DNA of 63,885 nt, filler included, from Octopus bimaculoides (GCF_001194135.2; 5 parts of 5 records of this genome joined end to end with filler, not necessarily neighbours in it); one strand, 5' to 3'. Shown: positions 11,852 to 24,650, counted from the first letter of the whole stretch. Notes: generated by a model from the sequence alone, not told the origin. Translations and numbers: made by a program.

Positions 11852-13402
11852 AGACAAACCACAAATTATTTCAGGTAGATGGCCCTGCTCGATCTGTAGA
11901 AAAGGCGTAGGTAGAAACTCCATAAGATGTACCCAGTGTAAGCTATGGACACATAAGAGGTGCAGCCATATCAAAGGAAGGCTAACTAGGAAGAGAGTTT
12001 TTGTATGTGGCAAATGCTTAGGTACTATAGACACAGAAAATGTGCAGAGAACAGCTTCTGTCACATTTCAGGGAGAAAAACTAGAAGTAGTTGATAACTT
12101 CTGGTACCTAGGGGACCAAGTCAGTAGCAGGGGTGGATGCTCTGAGAGTGTAGCTGCTAGAATAAGAATAGCCTGGGCAAAGTTCAAAGATCTCCTACCT
12201 CTGCTGGTCACAAAGGGCCTCTTGCTCAGAGTAAAAGGTAGACTGTATGATGCATGTGTGCGAACTGCCATGCTACATGGCAGTGAAACATGGGCCATGA
12301 CTGCTGAGGACATGCGTAAGCTTGCAAGGAATGAAGCCAGTATGCTCCGCTGGATGTATAATGTCAGTGTGCATACACAACAGAGTGTAAGTGCCTTGAG
12401 AGAAAAGTTGGATTTAAAAAGCATTAGATGTGGCATGCAAGAAGTACGACTGCACTGGTAGGGCCATGTGTCACGAATGAATGAGGACAGCTGTGTGAAA
12501 AAGTGTCACATCCTAGTAGTTGAGGGAACCTGTGGAAGAGGTAGTCCCAGGAATACCTAGGATGAGGTGGTGAAGCACGACCTTTGAACATTGGGTCTTA
12601 CCAAAGCAATGACTAGTGACCAAAATGTTTGAAGATATGCTGTGCTTGAGAAGACCTGACAAGCCAAGTGAGACCATAGCCCATGGCCTATGCCAGTGGG
12701 TGTAACCAGCCCATTTATGAATACCCCCCATTCATTGGGCAATAAACCTTGCTAACCCTAACCCTATTGAGGCAAGTGAAATAAAAATCAAAATTGCTGA
12801 CTTGGTTGATGACAGTACTGCCTGATTGGCACAAGTGCCAATGGAACGTTAAAAGTACATCCGAATGTGGGGTGTAACCAGCCCACTTATGAGTACCCCT
12901 CATTCATTGGACAATGAACTTTGCATGTGAAGACCTATTGAGGCAAGTGTAAACAAACCAAAATCGCTGATGTGGGCGATGACAGCGATGATCGTTGCCA
13001 GGGTCATGGATTGGCTCCCATGCTGGTGACACGTGAAAAGCACCATTTGAGCATGATCGTTGCCAGCATCGCCTTACCGGCACATGTGCTGGTGGCACAT
13101 GAAAAACAGCATTTGAGCGTGGTCGTTAACAGTGCCACCAGACTGGCTCCCATACAGGTAGCTCGTAAAAACACCTTTTGAGCGTGGTCGTTGACAGACC
13201 TGCCTGACTGGCCCTCGTGCTGGTGGCACGTAAAAACACCCACTACGCTCTCCGAGTGGTTGGTGTTAGGAAAGGCATCTAGCTGTAGAAACTTTGCCAG
13301 ACCAGATTGATCCTGGTGCAGCCTCTGGCTTGCCATTCCTCAGTCAAACCATCCAACCCATGCCAGCATGGAAAGTTGACATTAAACAATGATGATGATG
13401 AT
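11852..13402 (+). mobile_element. 5'-truncated RTE-clade LINE (ORF 3' end plus 3' UTR with (GAT)n tail)
   Basis: Open 11852-12461 (..FWYLGDQ..AARIRIAWAKFKDLLPLL..YDACVRTAMLHGSETWA..RLHW), further homology with stops to ~12659, then a repeat-rich 3' UTR ending TTAAACAATGATGATGATG. Confidence 0.9.
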
Positions 13403-13595
13403 GAACTTACAGGAGATTTGGCTGCTATTCCTAGCAGTGTGTAAAACTGCACAAAGGCTTTCTTGTATCGTTTTAATATAATTTCAGTAGTCATGAGAAA
13501 TATTTAAAGCATAAGTTTTAGTCCCAAAATCGAAGAAACTTTGTCTTAATTGATAACATCTTTTAAAGTTCTTTGTTGTTTTGTTACTTTTTCAG

Positions 13596-13711
13596 GAACG
13601 AGACTTAGCTGCTCGCCAGCAAATGTATACAAGTATTTATGCCATAGTTTTTTCACCTTGTGGCAAATACTTAGCAGCTGGTAACAACTATGGATATTGT
13701 GCTATATTCAG
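13596..13711 (+). CDS. THOC6: THO complex subunit 6 (WD40) internal coding exon
   Basis: Pyrimidine tract and AG at 13594-13595, GT at 13712; translates ERDLAARQQMYTSIYAIVFSPCGKYLAAGNNYGYCAIF, matching the THOC6 N-terminal motif SPCGKFLAAGNNYGQIAIF recalled from human. Confidence 0.85.
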
Positions 13712-14237
13712 GTAAAAACATTTTGACTTCTTTACATGATTAATTCTTCTTCTTTTTTTTTTATAATTTCTGAGCAAAATAACCAACTACCCCCAAAATC
13801 GCCAGTACTAGTTCTTAGTTATATTCTTTCCATTNNNNNNNNNNNNNNNNNNNNNNNNNNNNNNNNNNNNNNNNNNNNNNNNNNNNNNNNNNNNNNNNNN
13901 NNNNNNNNNNNNNNNNNNNNNNNNNNNNNNNNNNNNNNNNNNNNNNNNNNNNNNNNNNNNNNNNNNNNNNNNNNNNNNNNNNNNNNNNNNNNNNNNNNNN
14001 NNNNNNNNNNNNNNNNNNNNNNNNNNNNNNNNNNNNNNNNNNNNNNNNNNNNNNNNNNNNNNNNNNNNNNNNNNNNNNNNNNNNNNNNNNNNNNNNNNNN
14101 NNNNNNNNNNNNNNNNNNNNNNNNNNNNNNNNNNNNNNNNNNNNNNNNNNNTATATATATATATATATGTAAATGTATGTATATATATATATAAGTATAT
14201 GTATATATATATATGTATAGGTATATATTTGTATATG

Positions 14238-14275
<38 letters not shown>

Positions 14276-14309
14276 AATAGTCATCGCCAAGCCAACATGG
14301 TAGTCCAAA

Positions 14310-14905
14310 AAATAGGATGAATGCTGCCATTGATTAGCTCCAAGAGGCCATCGCCTCTAGCTAGCTATGTGACACACGAACCTGTGTCCAGCAATTAGAG
14401 CAAGGTCATCTGCATAGAGGTGCTCTCAGGGGCATCCTGTCTTGAATTCCTCTATTATTGCCTTGAGGACTATGATAAATAGGAGGAGGCTGAGGAGTGA
14501 ACATTCTTCACTGTACTCATTGCCAACCCTCACCTTACTGACAGCGTCCCTGTACATGGCTTGCACAGCTCTCACTAACCATTCATCTATCCCTAGTTTC
14601 TTCATTGCCCACCAGATAAGGGATTGGGGGTCCCTGTCAAAGGCTTTCTCCATGTCAACGAAAGCCAGGTACAGAGGTTTATCCTTGGCTAGGTATTTCT
14701 CTTACAGCTGTCTTACCAGAAATATAGCATCAGTGGTGCTTTTCCCTGGCATGAACCCAAACTGCATCTCATCTAAACAGACTCTCTCCCTAATTTTTTG
14801 GACTATGACCCTCTCAGTGACCTTCATTACCTGGTCCAACAACTTGATACCTGTGTAATTATTTGTATCTAAAGCGTCACCTTTACCTTTGTAGCAGTTG
14901 ACTAT
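14310..14905 (-). mobile_element. RTE LINE reverse transcriptase fragment
   Basis: YKGKGDALD..EMQFGFMPGKSTTDAIFLVRQL*EKYLAKDKPLYLAFVDMEKAFDR..LYADDLAL; stops and an internal deletion of the QGSV motif. Confidence 0.9.
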
Positions 14906-14907
14906 GT

Positions 14908-14950
<43 letters not shown>

Positions 14951-15060
14951 NNNNNNNNNNNNNNNNNNNNNNNNNNNNNNNNNNNNNNNNNNNNTTAATT
15001 AATTAANNNNNNNNNNNNNNNNNNNNNNNNNNNNNNNNNNNNNNNNNNNNACATATATAC

Positions 15061-15145
15061 GACGGACTTCTTTCAGTGTCTATTTGCCAAATCCACTCAC
15101 ATGTAGAAGACACTTACTCAAGGTGCCACGCAGTGGGACTGATAT
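15061..15145 (-). mobile_element. SINE family B fragment
   Basis: Reverse complement of AGTCCCACTGCGTGGCACCTTG...GTGAGTGGATTTGG. Confidence 0.7.
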
Positions 15146-15202
15146 ATACATATGTACATACATATACACACACATAGACACACGCACACGCACACACACA
15201 CG

Positions 15203-15236
<34 letters not shown>

Positions 15237-15256
15237 CTTGAATATTTGTTTAATCA

Positions 15257-15585
15257 CCTTGGGCAAGTGTTTTCTACTATAGCCACGATCCGACTAATGC
15301 TTCGAGAGCTGATTTGATAGAAAGAAGCTGAAACAAACCTTTCGTATATAAATGTGTGTGTGTCCCTGATTGTATGTCTGTCTGTGTCTGTGTCTGTGTT
15401 TGCATCCTCCTCCACTAGCGCTTGCCAACCGGTGACGTTATATTTGCGTCTCCGTAAACTAGCAGTTCGCCAAAAAAAACCCATAAAATAAGTAGTAAAT
15501 GTCCTAGGGTCGAATTGTTCGACTAAAACACATTCAAAGTGGTCCCCCGATATGGCCATAGTCAAATGACTGAAACAAGCAAAAG
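15257..15585 (+). mobile_element. SINE family B (5'-truncated)
   Basis: CACCTTGGGCAAGTG...GCTTGCCAACCGGTG...AGTCAAATGACTGAAACAAG. Confidence 0.75.
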
Positions 15586-15923
15586 ATAGCAGGTAGAAGA
15601 TATATTTTGTTGAAAATAGGTTAAGAATTCATGCAGATCAAAATTTATAGTTAAAAAGTAGAAATTGGAAAGAGTATTAAATTAAGCTTAAGGATTTTTT
15701 TCATTTTTTTTTTTTTTTTTCAATATTTTGTTACATTAAGTGACTTTCATAAAACATTACCGGTTTCGATATGTATGTCCAGCTTATAGAATATCAAAAA
15801 TTGGAAGTAAACAATTAAGAAATCAACGACACTTAACGACATTTACAGGCCTGAAAGTATGGTTAAGAAGTATAGATCCGAAATACATGGGTTCCGCTCT
15901 GCAAAGACCGATATTTACATAAC

Positions 15924-15972
<49 letters not shown>

Positions 15973-16544
15973 NNNNNNNNNNNNNNNNNNNNNNNNNNNN
16001 NNNNNNNNNNNNNNNNNNNNNNNNNNNNNNNNNNNNNNNNNNNNNNNNNNNNNNNNNNNNNNNNNNNNNNNNNNNNNNNNNNNNNNNNNNNNNNNNNNNN
16101 NNNNNNNNNNNNNNNNNNNNNNNNNNNNNNNNNNNNNNNNNNNNNNNNNNNNNNNNNNNNNNNNNNNNNNNNNNNNNNNNNNNNNNNNNNNNNNNNNNNN
16201 NNNNNNNNNNNNNNNNNNNNNNNNNNNNNNNNNNNNNNNNNNNNNNNNNNNNNNNNNNNNNNNNNNNNNNNNNNNNNNNNNNNNNNNNNNNNNNNNNNNN
16301 NNNNNNNNNNNNNNNNNNNNNNNNNNNNNNNNNNNNNNNNNNNNNNNNNNNNNNNNNNNNNNNNNNNNNNNNNNNNNNNNNNNNNNNNNNNNNNNNNNNN
16401 NNNNNNNNNNNNNNNNNNNNNNNNNNNNNNNNNNNNNNNNNNNNNNNNNNNNNNNNNNNNNNNNNNNNNNNNNNNNNNNNNNNNNNNNNNNNNNNNNNNN
16501 NNNNNNNNNNNNNNNNNNNNNNNNNNATATATATATATACATAC

Positions 16545-16593
<49 letters not shown>

Positions 16594-16952
16594 AGCCCAC
16601 ATACACAGACGTACATCGATAGATAGAGGCAGATACATATATACATTCTACATTCATACCTCTATTATAAATACATACATACGCGTGTCTGAATATACAA
16701 GAATATCTATGAACTTATGCATGCATATTCCATTCCATTAATAATCTGGTCTGCAGTACCACTGTAGACTTGCTGTACAAATAAGCTTATTGCAAGTTAT
16801 GGTTACACCCGTGTAAGCTCACCAAGTAAATCTGGTATAAATCAATGGTACAATTACTTTCTGGAATAATCTTTACTTATGCATGGAAACAACTCACAGC
16901 TTGACCAGACAAGGAAGAACCTCATCAGGAATAGGACACAAATTGTACTGTG

Positions 16953-17665
16953 TACGAAGGTAGGCTGAAACGTTCATAGACTGATAAATATGCTCACACG
17001 GAATGTGACAAATGAGCTGTATTTTTCAACATAGCCACACACTTCTGTCATCGGTTTTGCAGTGTTTGGGTCCCATTGGTGAAGACGCTTTCATCCTCTT
17101 GGTAAAGCAATTCATTAACAGCAGATATGACGTCATCATCTCTGCGATTCTGGTTCCCAGCCAATACTATTTTAATGTTGGTGAACAGATGATAGTTTAA
17201 AGTAACCAAATCAAAATAGGCAAAGTGATCAACCCGTTAAAAGCTACAGTCACGCACAACAGCTATTGATACCAAACTGCACTGGAGCATTCTCCGCATG
17301 AAACAAGTCGCTTTTCGTCAGTTTCCCTGGGTTTTTCCTGGCATAGTACTCATCATTCATGGCATTGTCTTTTGCATCTCAAAAAACTGAGACCGTCACC
17401 TTCCCAGCAGATGAAACGACCTTGGCTTTCTTGCATGCATCGTTTCTTTGTGTCTGGTTCAAAGTGATGAACCCAACACACATCCTGGGTTGGGAAACAT
17501 TTAAGGAAACCAGCTGGATGTGTCTGAAAGCGTGCCAAATTTTCCTTTCATGCAGTTATTCATAACGATTGAAATTAATGAATTTAGCAGCTCCATCATC
17601 ACTTCTTCATAGTGAGATTTTGAAATTTTTAACAGACCTCGTACTCATGACAAAAGGTGAACACA
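16953..17665 (-). mobile_element. Decayed mariner transposon, 3' half with one TIR
   Basis: Minus strand DVCWVHHFEP (~DETWVHHFEP) and a SAGKVMA.VFWD-like segment, ending GYVEK; TA-CGAAGGTAGGCTGAAACGTTCATAG TIR at 16953. Confidence 0.75.
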
Positions 17666-18740
17666 ATGGATGATGTACCTTTAGAAAGAGACAGTCTGAA
17701 ATTTCAAATAGGATATTCACACCTTGAATACCTTTCGCTGAAAGTTGATCTCAGATTCAACTACTTCAATAATAAGAATAACAATGTGTTACTTGATGCC
17801 GAGCAACAAGGGAGAATGTACATCTTCACACTACCTCCAAGCAATACTATTGACCTTTAATAAACACAAATATCCTACAAAACAAAGAGAACATTCCATA
17901 ATGTGGTCCACATTTATTGAGTCTCAGATAATAATATGATGATCGTGGATGAAATGTATTTGATCATATACTTAAGTCATCTGCGTCGCTTAGCATGGAA
18001 TTTTTTGCTCCTAAACCTTTGCCGTTAAAATAGACCTTGCAACGGATTTGAGATTGCAATCTGCGAGCAAGAGTTTTAATTGAATATCCATGCAGCCATC
18101 TAAATGTGTTTATTACAATGCTCTTTTAATACACGGCATATATGGTTTCACCATGCGTATACGCAATGCTTAAACTAAAATTTAAATTGCTAATAAGTTA
18201 CTTATTGCTAATCACTTTCTAATTAATAATTCACCTATTGCGTATAGTCATATAAATTAAGCGAGGCCCTAGAAACAGTTGATTGAGTATAGGCGAAAAT
18301 AAAATTGAGATGCAACTAGAAGATGGAAATCTCTAAATGAATAACAAATAAAAACTAAAGCCTGAGGTAAGTTGTAGTCGCCTGCGTCAGCAAATATATT
18401 TCAGTAAAGTTTGTATAAATTTCTATATAAGTTTGTATGGTATGCCGTGGGGAGACAAAAGTAATAATGATTCGAGTAAAGTCCTCGCGAACTTTACTCT
18501 CTGATAAGGATCTATGTCGAACGTATCATATATGTTCTCACTTCATGTTACAATATACGAAACGTATAGTTACAAACATCTGAATTTTAACTAAAAACAA
18601 AAACCCAGAAAACAAGAACGAATAAGCATTAGTAAACTGTTGACAAAGAATAATTCTAACAATTAAAATCAGATTTTTTTAAATGGAGAATAAGCTAAAA
18701 TTCATGGTTTGAGTCAATAAGCTAATATATGTTTTAAATG

Positions 18741-18880
18741 TTGGCACAAGGCTAGCAATTTCGGAGTAGGGTGTAAGTCGATAATATCAACTCCAGTGTT
18801 AAACTGTTACTTAGTTTATCGACACCAAGGATGAAAGGCAAAGTCGACCTCGGTGGAATTTGAACTCAGAACGTAAAACG
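18741..18880 (-). mobile_element. SINE family A, partial
   Basis: CORE-like segment and GAGTTCAAATTCC B-box region. Confidence 0.75.
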
Positions 18881-19009
18881 TATGTATGTATGTATGTATG
18901 TATGTATGTATGTACGTATGTATGTACGTATGTATGTATGTATATATGTATATATATGTGTGTGTGTATGTGTGTATGTATGTATGTATGTATGTATATC
19001 TCTTCTATG

Positions 19010-20260
19010 TTTTAATTATTATAAATCTTCCACTGAGGAGGGAGCCGGTTTCCAACAAAAATACATGCTCCATCTTTGGAATGTAGTTATTAACACAGAC
19101 AAATTCACATTTGGAACTTCAGAAGACTCTTGCATATTTTTATTGTTCCACTCACAAATTACACTTGCAATGTACTACTTAGCCGGTCGATTTCTCTTTC
19201 TGAAAATCCCAGTTTATCCAGGTCCTCCTTGAAGCATTTACTAATAAAACCTAGTACTCCAATTATTATTGGAATTCATACCATAGTCTGGATATAGAAG
19301 CTGGAGGTTTCGAAGCAGTTGTCCATAGATATACACGCTTTCTTTAATTTTCAAAAAGATATTTATATTTGCAGAGCGGCTGACTTCTATGATGGTACAT
19401 ACCTTTGCCCCTCTGTCCAAACAACAATATCCGGTCTGTTATGCTTACATTTGACAGACGTTTTGATGGGAATATTCCACCAGTATTAGTTGAGTCGGTG
19501 TTAATGAATGTATTCCATAACAGAGGGATTTTATAAGTTTGTTTCAGGAAATTTTAGGATAGCTGCCATTCACATGCGTGATGTCTTCCACAGAAACATG
19601 ACATAGCCTACACATGCGGTAGGACACTGGGATTACAAGAGCATTACTGTCTCTCTTGTTCACCAGGTTCTTTGTGGCAATCTCCTGTTCCTTGATTGCA
19701 AATGCATAATCTTCAACGTGTGATGTGATGTAGCAGTCTTGTGTGCAAGAAAGGCTGTGCTTCGTTTCAATTCTACTGTGTTCTTCAAGCTTCCGGGGGA
19801 CATACTTATGTATAGTCTTCTTTTTTTTTTTTGTATGCTGAGTGCTTTCCATCCAGGTATTCTCTGAGGTAAGAGAGCCCAGCTGTTTTGGGGCTGTATA
19901 GATCATCAGAAAGAGGGTGTTTCTTGAATTCACTGCCAACTCGTATAATGTTGCTCACTTCACTTTTCATCACGGCATTAATATATTTATTTTTAGCTGT
20001 TGTTGTTTAGCAGGTGCTGCCCGGGGGATACCATACGGTGTTCGAAAGCCGTCTGCACTGATCTCAGGTATCTACCATCTTTATTTCTTATTAGGTTGAG
20101 CCTGTCAACATCACTGTTTCTATGGAAGTTCTCAGTTGTTGTCAGGATTTTGCAGGCTTTGATATCTATGGAGTGGATTTCTTCTACAGACCAATCGAGT
20201 ATCCCAAATGTTGGGATCAGCACTAGTACTGAAAATGCATGTATGTATGTTTGTAGGTAT
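19010..20260 (-). mobile_element. R4/Dong-like non-LTR retrotransposon 3' end with restriction-like endonuclease (decayed)
   Basis: LIPTFGILDWSVEEIHSIDIKACKILTTTENFHRNSDVDRL; zinc knuckle CRLCHVSVEDITHV; YWWNIPIKTSVKCKHNRPDIVVW followed by an IIEVS-like motif after a frameshift; ORF end ..LLKFQM* near 19087. Confidence 0.8.
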
Positions 20261-20330
20261 GTATATGTACCAAACACCCGAGGAGACACAGACAGCACTG
20301 GTTGATGCACCACAACTACATACACAATAT

Positions 20331-20386
20331 CCTATCCGTAAGGGACAGCTGCAGGATGGGTCGAAACGATCGTTGCGTTGAATAAA
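20331..20386 (+). ncRNA. 3' half of a Penelope-type hammerhead-like motif (remnant)
   Basis: Stem CCTATCC/GGATGGG, GAAA, palindrome CGATCG, then AATAAA; the CTGATGA core is absent. Confidence 0.4.
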
Positions 20387-21636
20387 GATTCGTACAAAAT
20401 ACACTTTCCGTTTCCCTCATCAATTATAAACCAAACGAACACTGCAGAATTCCTGGCGTAGATCCAGTGAAAATTTTACCGTAACTGTGGATGATATCAC
20501 ATAACCCAAACGCTGAATGTCCTATTATCGGTATACTAATAGACATATACCCAAGGACTAAATAAACACTTTGTGTGTATATATGTATATATANNNNNNN
20601 NNNNNNNNNNNNNNNNNNNNNNNNNNNNNNNNNNNNNNNNNNNNNNNNNNNNNNNNNNNNNNNNNNNNNNNNNNNNNNNNNNNNNNNNNNNNNNNNNNNN
20701 NNNNNNNNNNNNNNNNNNNNNNNNNNNNNNNNNNNNNNNNNNNNNNNNNNNNNNNNNNNNNNNNNNNNNNNNNNNNNNNNNNNNNNNNNNNNNNNNNNNN
20801 NNNNNNNNNNNNNNNNNNNNNNNNNNNNNNNNNNNNNNNNNNNNNNNNNNNNNNNNNNNNNNNNNNNNNNNNNNNNNNNNNNNNNNNNNNNNNNNNNNNN
20901 NNNNNNNNNNNNNNNNNNNNNNNNNNNNNNNNNNNNNNNNNNNNNNNNNNNNNNNNNNNNNNNNNNNNNNNNNNNNNNNNNNNNNNNNNNNNNNATATAT
21001 ATATGCACACACAGTGCTAATAAACATCATTCCTCTGCAGACATCCATGTTGTCCTAATTGTTGTTGCTGTCGATTCCGATGCAGTTAGCTGTTTAACAC
21101 TTCTGAAGTGTCGTTTTAGTTTTTAGAGAATCACGCAGTGTTTGTAGAACAACAAGCTTAATATGGCCGCATCGTTCGCTTTTTCTCCTTCTGCGACACG
21201 CTGTCGTCTGGCCTATAGCCACCGTATTCGTTTTTCTTTTTAGAATTAGAGGTTTATTTATTTGGAGTAGAGCGCTGTGACTGCGTTATAGTCACGTACA
21301 AGTACTCATGACCTGATGATAATATCTGTCGTGTTAAGAATGTTCTGACAAATAATGAATGAATGGTAGACGATAAACAATGAACAAATAAATATAAACA
21401 AGCCAAAAATAAAAAAAGAAAGAAATAAACAAGCTAAAAACAGTGAACAAATTGTAAAAGAAACAACGTGTGCAAAAGAAAAATATGAAAATAGAATATA
21501 TAAAAAAAGAAAAGTGTTTGGGTAATTCATATATTTAAAACAACACGTGAAGAAAAATACATGCACATTCATAAATACCCGCCTACGTGCAAGTACGTGT
21601 GTGTATGTGTACATATATATATGTATATATATGTGT

Positions 21637-21705
<69 letters not shown>

Positions 21706-21839
21706 CCCACACACATACATATGTATGTGTGTATATATACATATGCATATTTAGGTATATATACATATATACCTGGATAGACAGATAGATACATAGATGC
21801 ATACATAGATACATACATACATACACACACACGCATACA

Positions 21840-21882
<43 letters not shown>

Positions 21883-22435
21883 TATATAAAAAGCTACACA
21901 TGTACCAAAAAACACACAGATACCTATGTGGAAGACTTATATAGAATACATGCTTACTACCATACATACATGTGTATATCCATACATACTTGGTGAAATA
22001 CAAACTTTGAAAGATATGTACACGTACGCACGCACGCACACACACACACACACACACATACATACAAACATACGTACACACAAACACACACATATACACA
22101 CGGTTTATACAACAGAACGTCGTATTTTACTAAGATGGAGGCTGACACCGTACGAGACAGTTAGGTGACTTGGCTAACTATAGAAGTATAACAATGTATT
22201 TCACTTCACTTATCATCGTGATTAATTGTATATACAAAGCCAAATTTAGAGAAGAAATTATTACTATTATTACTCGCTTCAAAATATTAGAATAAATCGT
22301 TACATTCTTGGAGTTAGACATTTTTAGTTCGTGGGTGTCTGGGAACCAAGAGTCTGAGATGAACACACGAGTAGTTTCTAAGAATATATAATCGAATTCG
22401 CGCACACTCATGTATCCGTACGTCTCTTTATGCAT

Positions 22436-22483
<48 letters not shown>

Positions 22484-22500
22484 TCATGCTNNNNNNNNNN

Positions 22501-22544
<44 letters not shown>

Positions 22545-22656
22545 GCACATATACACATTTGTGTGTGTCTTCATATAGAAGTGCTTCTGAATATTACATG
22601 GTTACGTATTTATTGTGAATATAAATATGTGTACGGTTGTGTGAGTGCATATATTA

Positions 22657-22692
<36 letters not shown>

Positions 22693-22694
22693 AC

Positions 22695-22742
<48 letters not shown>

Positions 22743-22795
22743 TCATGCTGTTACATTTAGATATGCATGTATGTATATAGATACACACACACTTT

Positions 22796-22838
<43 letters not shown>

Positions 22839-22869
22839 ACGCTTGTTTGTTAATGACTGTCACAGCTTC

Positions 22870-23340
22870 TAAAACCGCACAACAAAATTCTCAAGTATCT
22901 GCTCTCTGGATCAATTGTTGACTGAGCATGCCTTGATTTCGCTAAACCCTTGACAAGGTCATTCGTGAACTGTTGTGTCAAACTGAATAACTGGAAGATC
23001 TGGTATTCCGATATCCGGTTTCCCGATAAAATGAAGTCAAATAGTGACAGCAAACAGAGCACTATCCCAAAATTCTGAGCTGCTAAGTGGAGGTCCACAA
23101 GACATCGTTCTGAATCCCCTTGTCTTTCTTGTCATCATGTCAGACCTAGTCAAAAGCATAAAGTTGAGCATAAGCAGTGACCTTCGAGGCGGTACCAAAT
23201 TGATGCGTTAGTTGAAGGCAAAACATGGTATCTAAGCGTCGTAACAAGAACCAGACGCAATATACAATATCTAGATTGACTAACATATCATTCAGTACCA
23301 TAAAATTCTATGACTTCTGAAAACATATCCTACCTTGTCA
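22870..23340 (+). mobile_element. Decayed CR1/L2-like RT fragment
   Basis: VD*ACLDFAKPL (~YLDFAKAFD) and GPQDIVLNPLVFLVIMSDL..GGTKL (~GVPQG.VLGPLLF..FADDTKL). Confidence 0.6.
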
Positions 23341-23444
23341 CAAAGAAGGAATCAAGTTAAAGCTGTGAGCTAACTCGGGCAAAATTCTACGCATGGATGT
23401 ATACACACACACGCACAGGCGCACACACACACACATACACACAC

Positions 23445-23482
<38 letters not shown>

Positions 23483-24650
23483 NNNNNNNNNNNNNNNNNN
23501 NNNNNNNNNNNNNNNNNNNNNNNNNNNNNNNNNNNNNNNNNNNNNNNNNNNNNNNNNNNNNNNNNNNNNNNNNNNNNNNNNNNNNNNNNNNNNNNNNNNN
23601 NNNNNNNNNNNNNNNNNNNNNNNNNNNNNNNNNNNNNNNNNNNNNNNNNNNNNNNNNNNNNNNNNNNNNNNNNNNNNNNNNNNNNNNNNNNNNNNNNNNN
23701 NNNNNNNNNNNNNNNNNNNNNNNNNNNNNNNNNNNTTAAGGCGTCAAGGGACGAGGGCACCACAGAAATGAAAATGGCGTACAGCACGAAAGAAAGGACT
23801 TTAAACTTACTAGAATAATATTCGTAATGCCTTATCTCTACTAAGTATAGAAACAGAAGTTTTGCGTAAAATTAATTTTAACGATATCATCGAACATTCT
23901 GCAGTTAAAAAAAAAGCGAAGAAGAAAACTTTTTAAATATAAATAAAATGGAAGCATACAAAAATAAACATTATTTTCCATCTTATTGTGAATTTTGTTT
24001 CGTTTTGAAAAATAAAAAGAATTATTTTATGGTCTATTATCGTTTACATTTTGAACCATTTACGTATACATAAGGGTAACAAAACCTTTTAAGTTGTTAG
24101 GGCCTTTTAAGTTTTATGGGTCTTCATCCGACCCTGTATACCTAAATATATATATATACACACACATATATACATATATATATATATATAGTCTCTCTCT
24201 CTCACACACGCACACATACACAGAGGTTGTATAACACAAAACAGTGTTGACTAATAATGAAAAACAATGAAAAAATTACATTTTAAGCATATAAAACGTC
24301 GGGTATGTTTTCAATCTTTTCGATTCCTTTTTGTAATAACTGCAATATCACTTAAAAATTACCCTCGTATCAACAATATTCCCCATCGCTAAAAACTATT
24401 GAATTCCTCATTAGCTTCACAATGAGTCTGCGACTTAAAGTAAGAAGACATTTACATTCAGCATCACTAACAATCGGTATCTAATTAAAACCTCTTGATA
24501 TATTTGAATCACCAATACGCTTCGGATACGTTTACAAACCTATTAACTCGGCTTTCGACTGTAAAATTACATGATATTTGCACTAGATTTAGTCCTAAAT
24601 TTTAAAACGTTACATGTTAAGGGGTGCGGTCGGGTCACAATGAGTAACAC

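Noticed and set aside
14995-15006. TTAATTAATTAA islands inside gaps (also 43098-43109, 60280-60291, 62665-62676)
   Set aside because: Each sits between exactly 44 N on both sides (100 bp in total) and has stops in all six frames, so it is an assembly spacer rather than biology
18464-18520. 9-bp hairpin followed by CTCTCTGATAAGG..GTCGAAC as a hammerhead
   Set aside because: Two core positions are altered and there is no stem I partner
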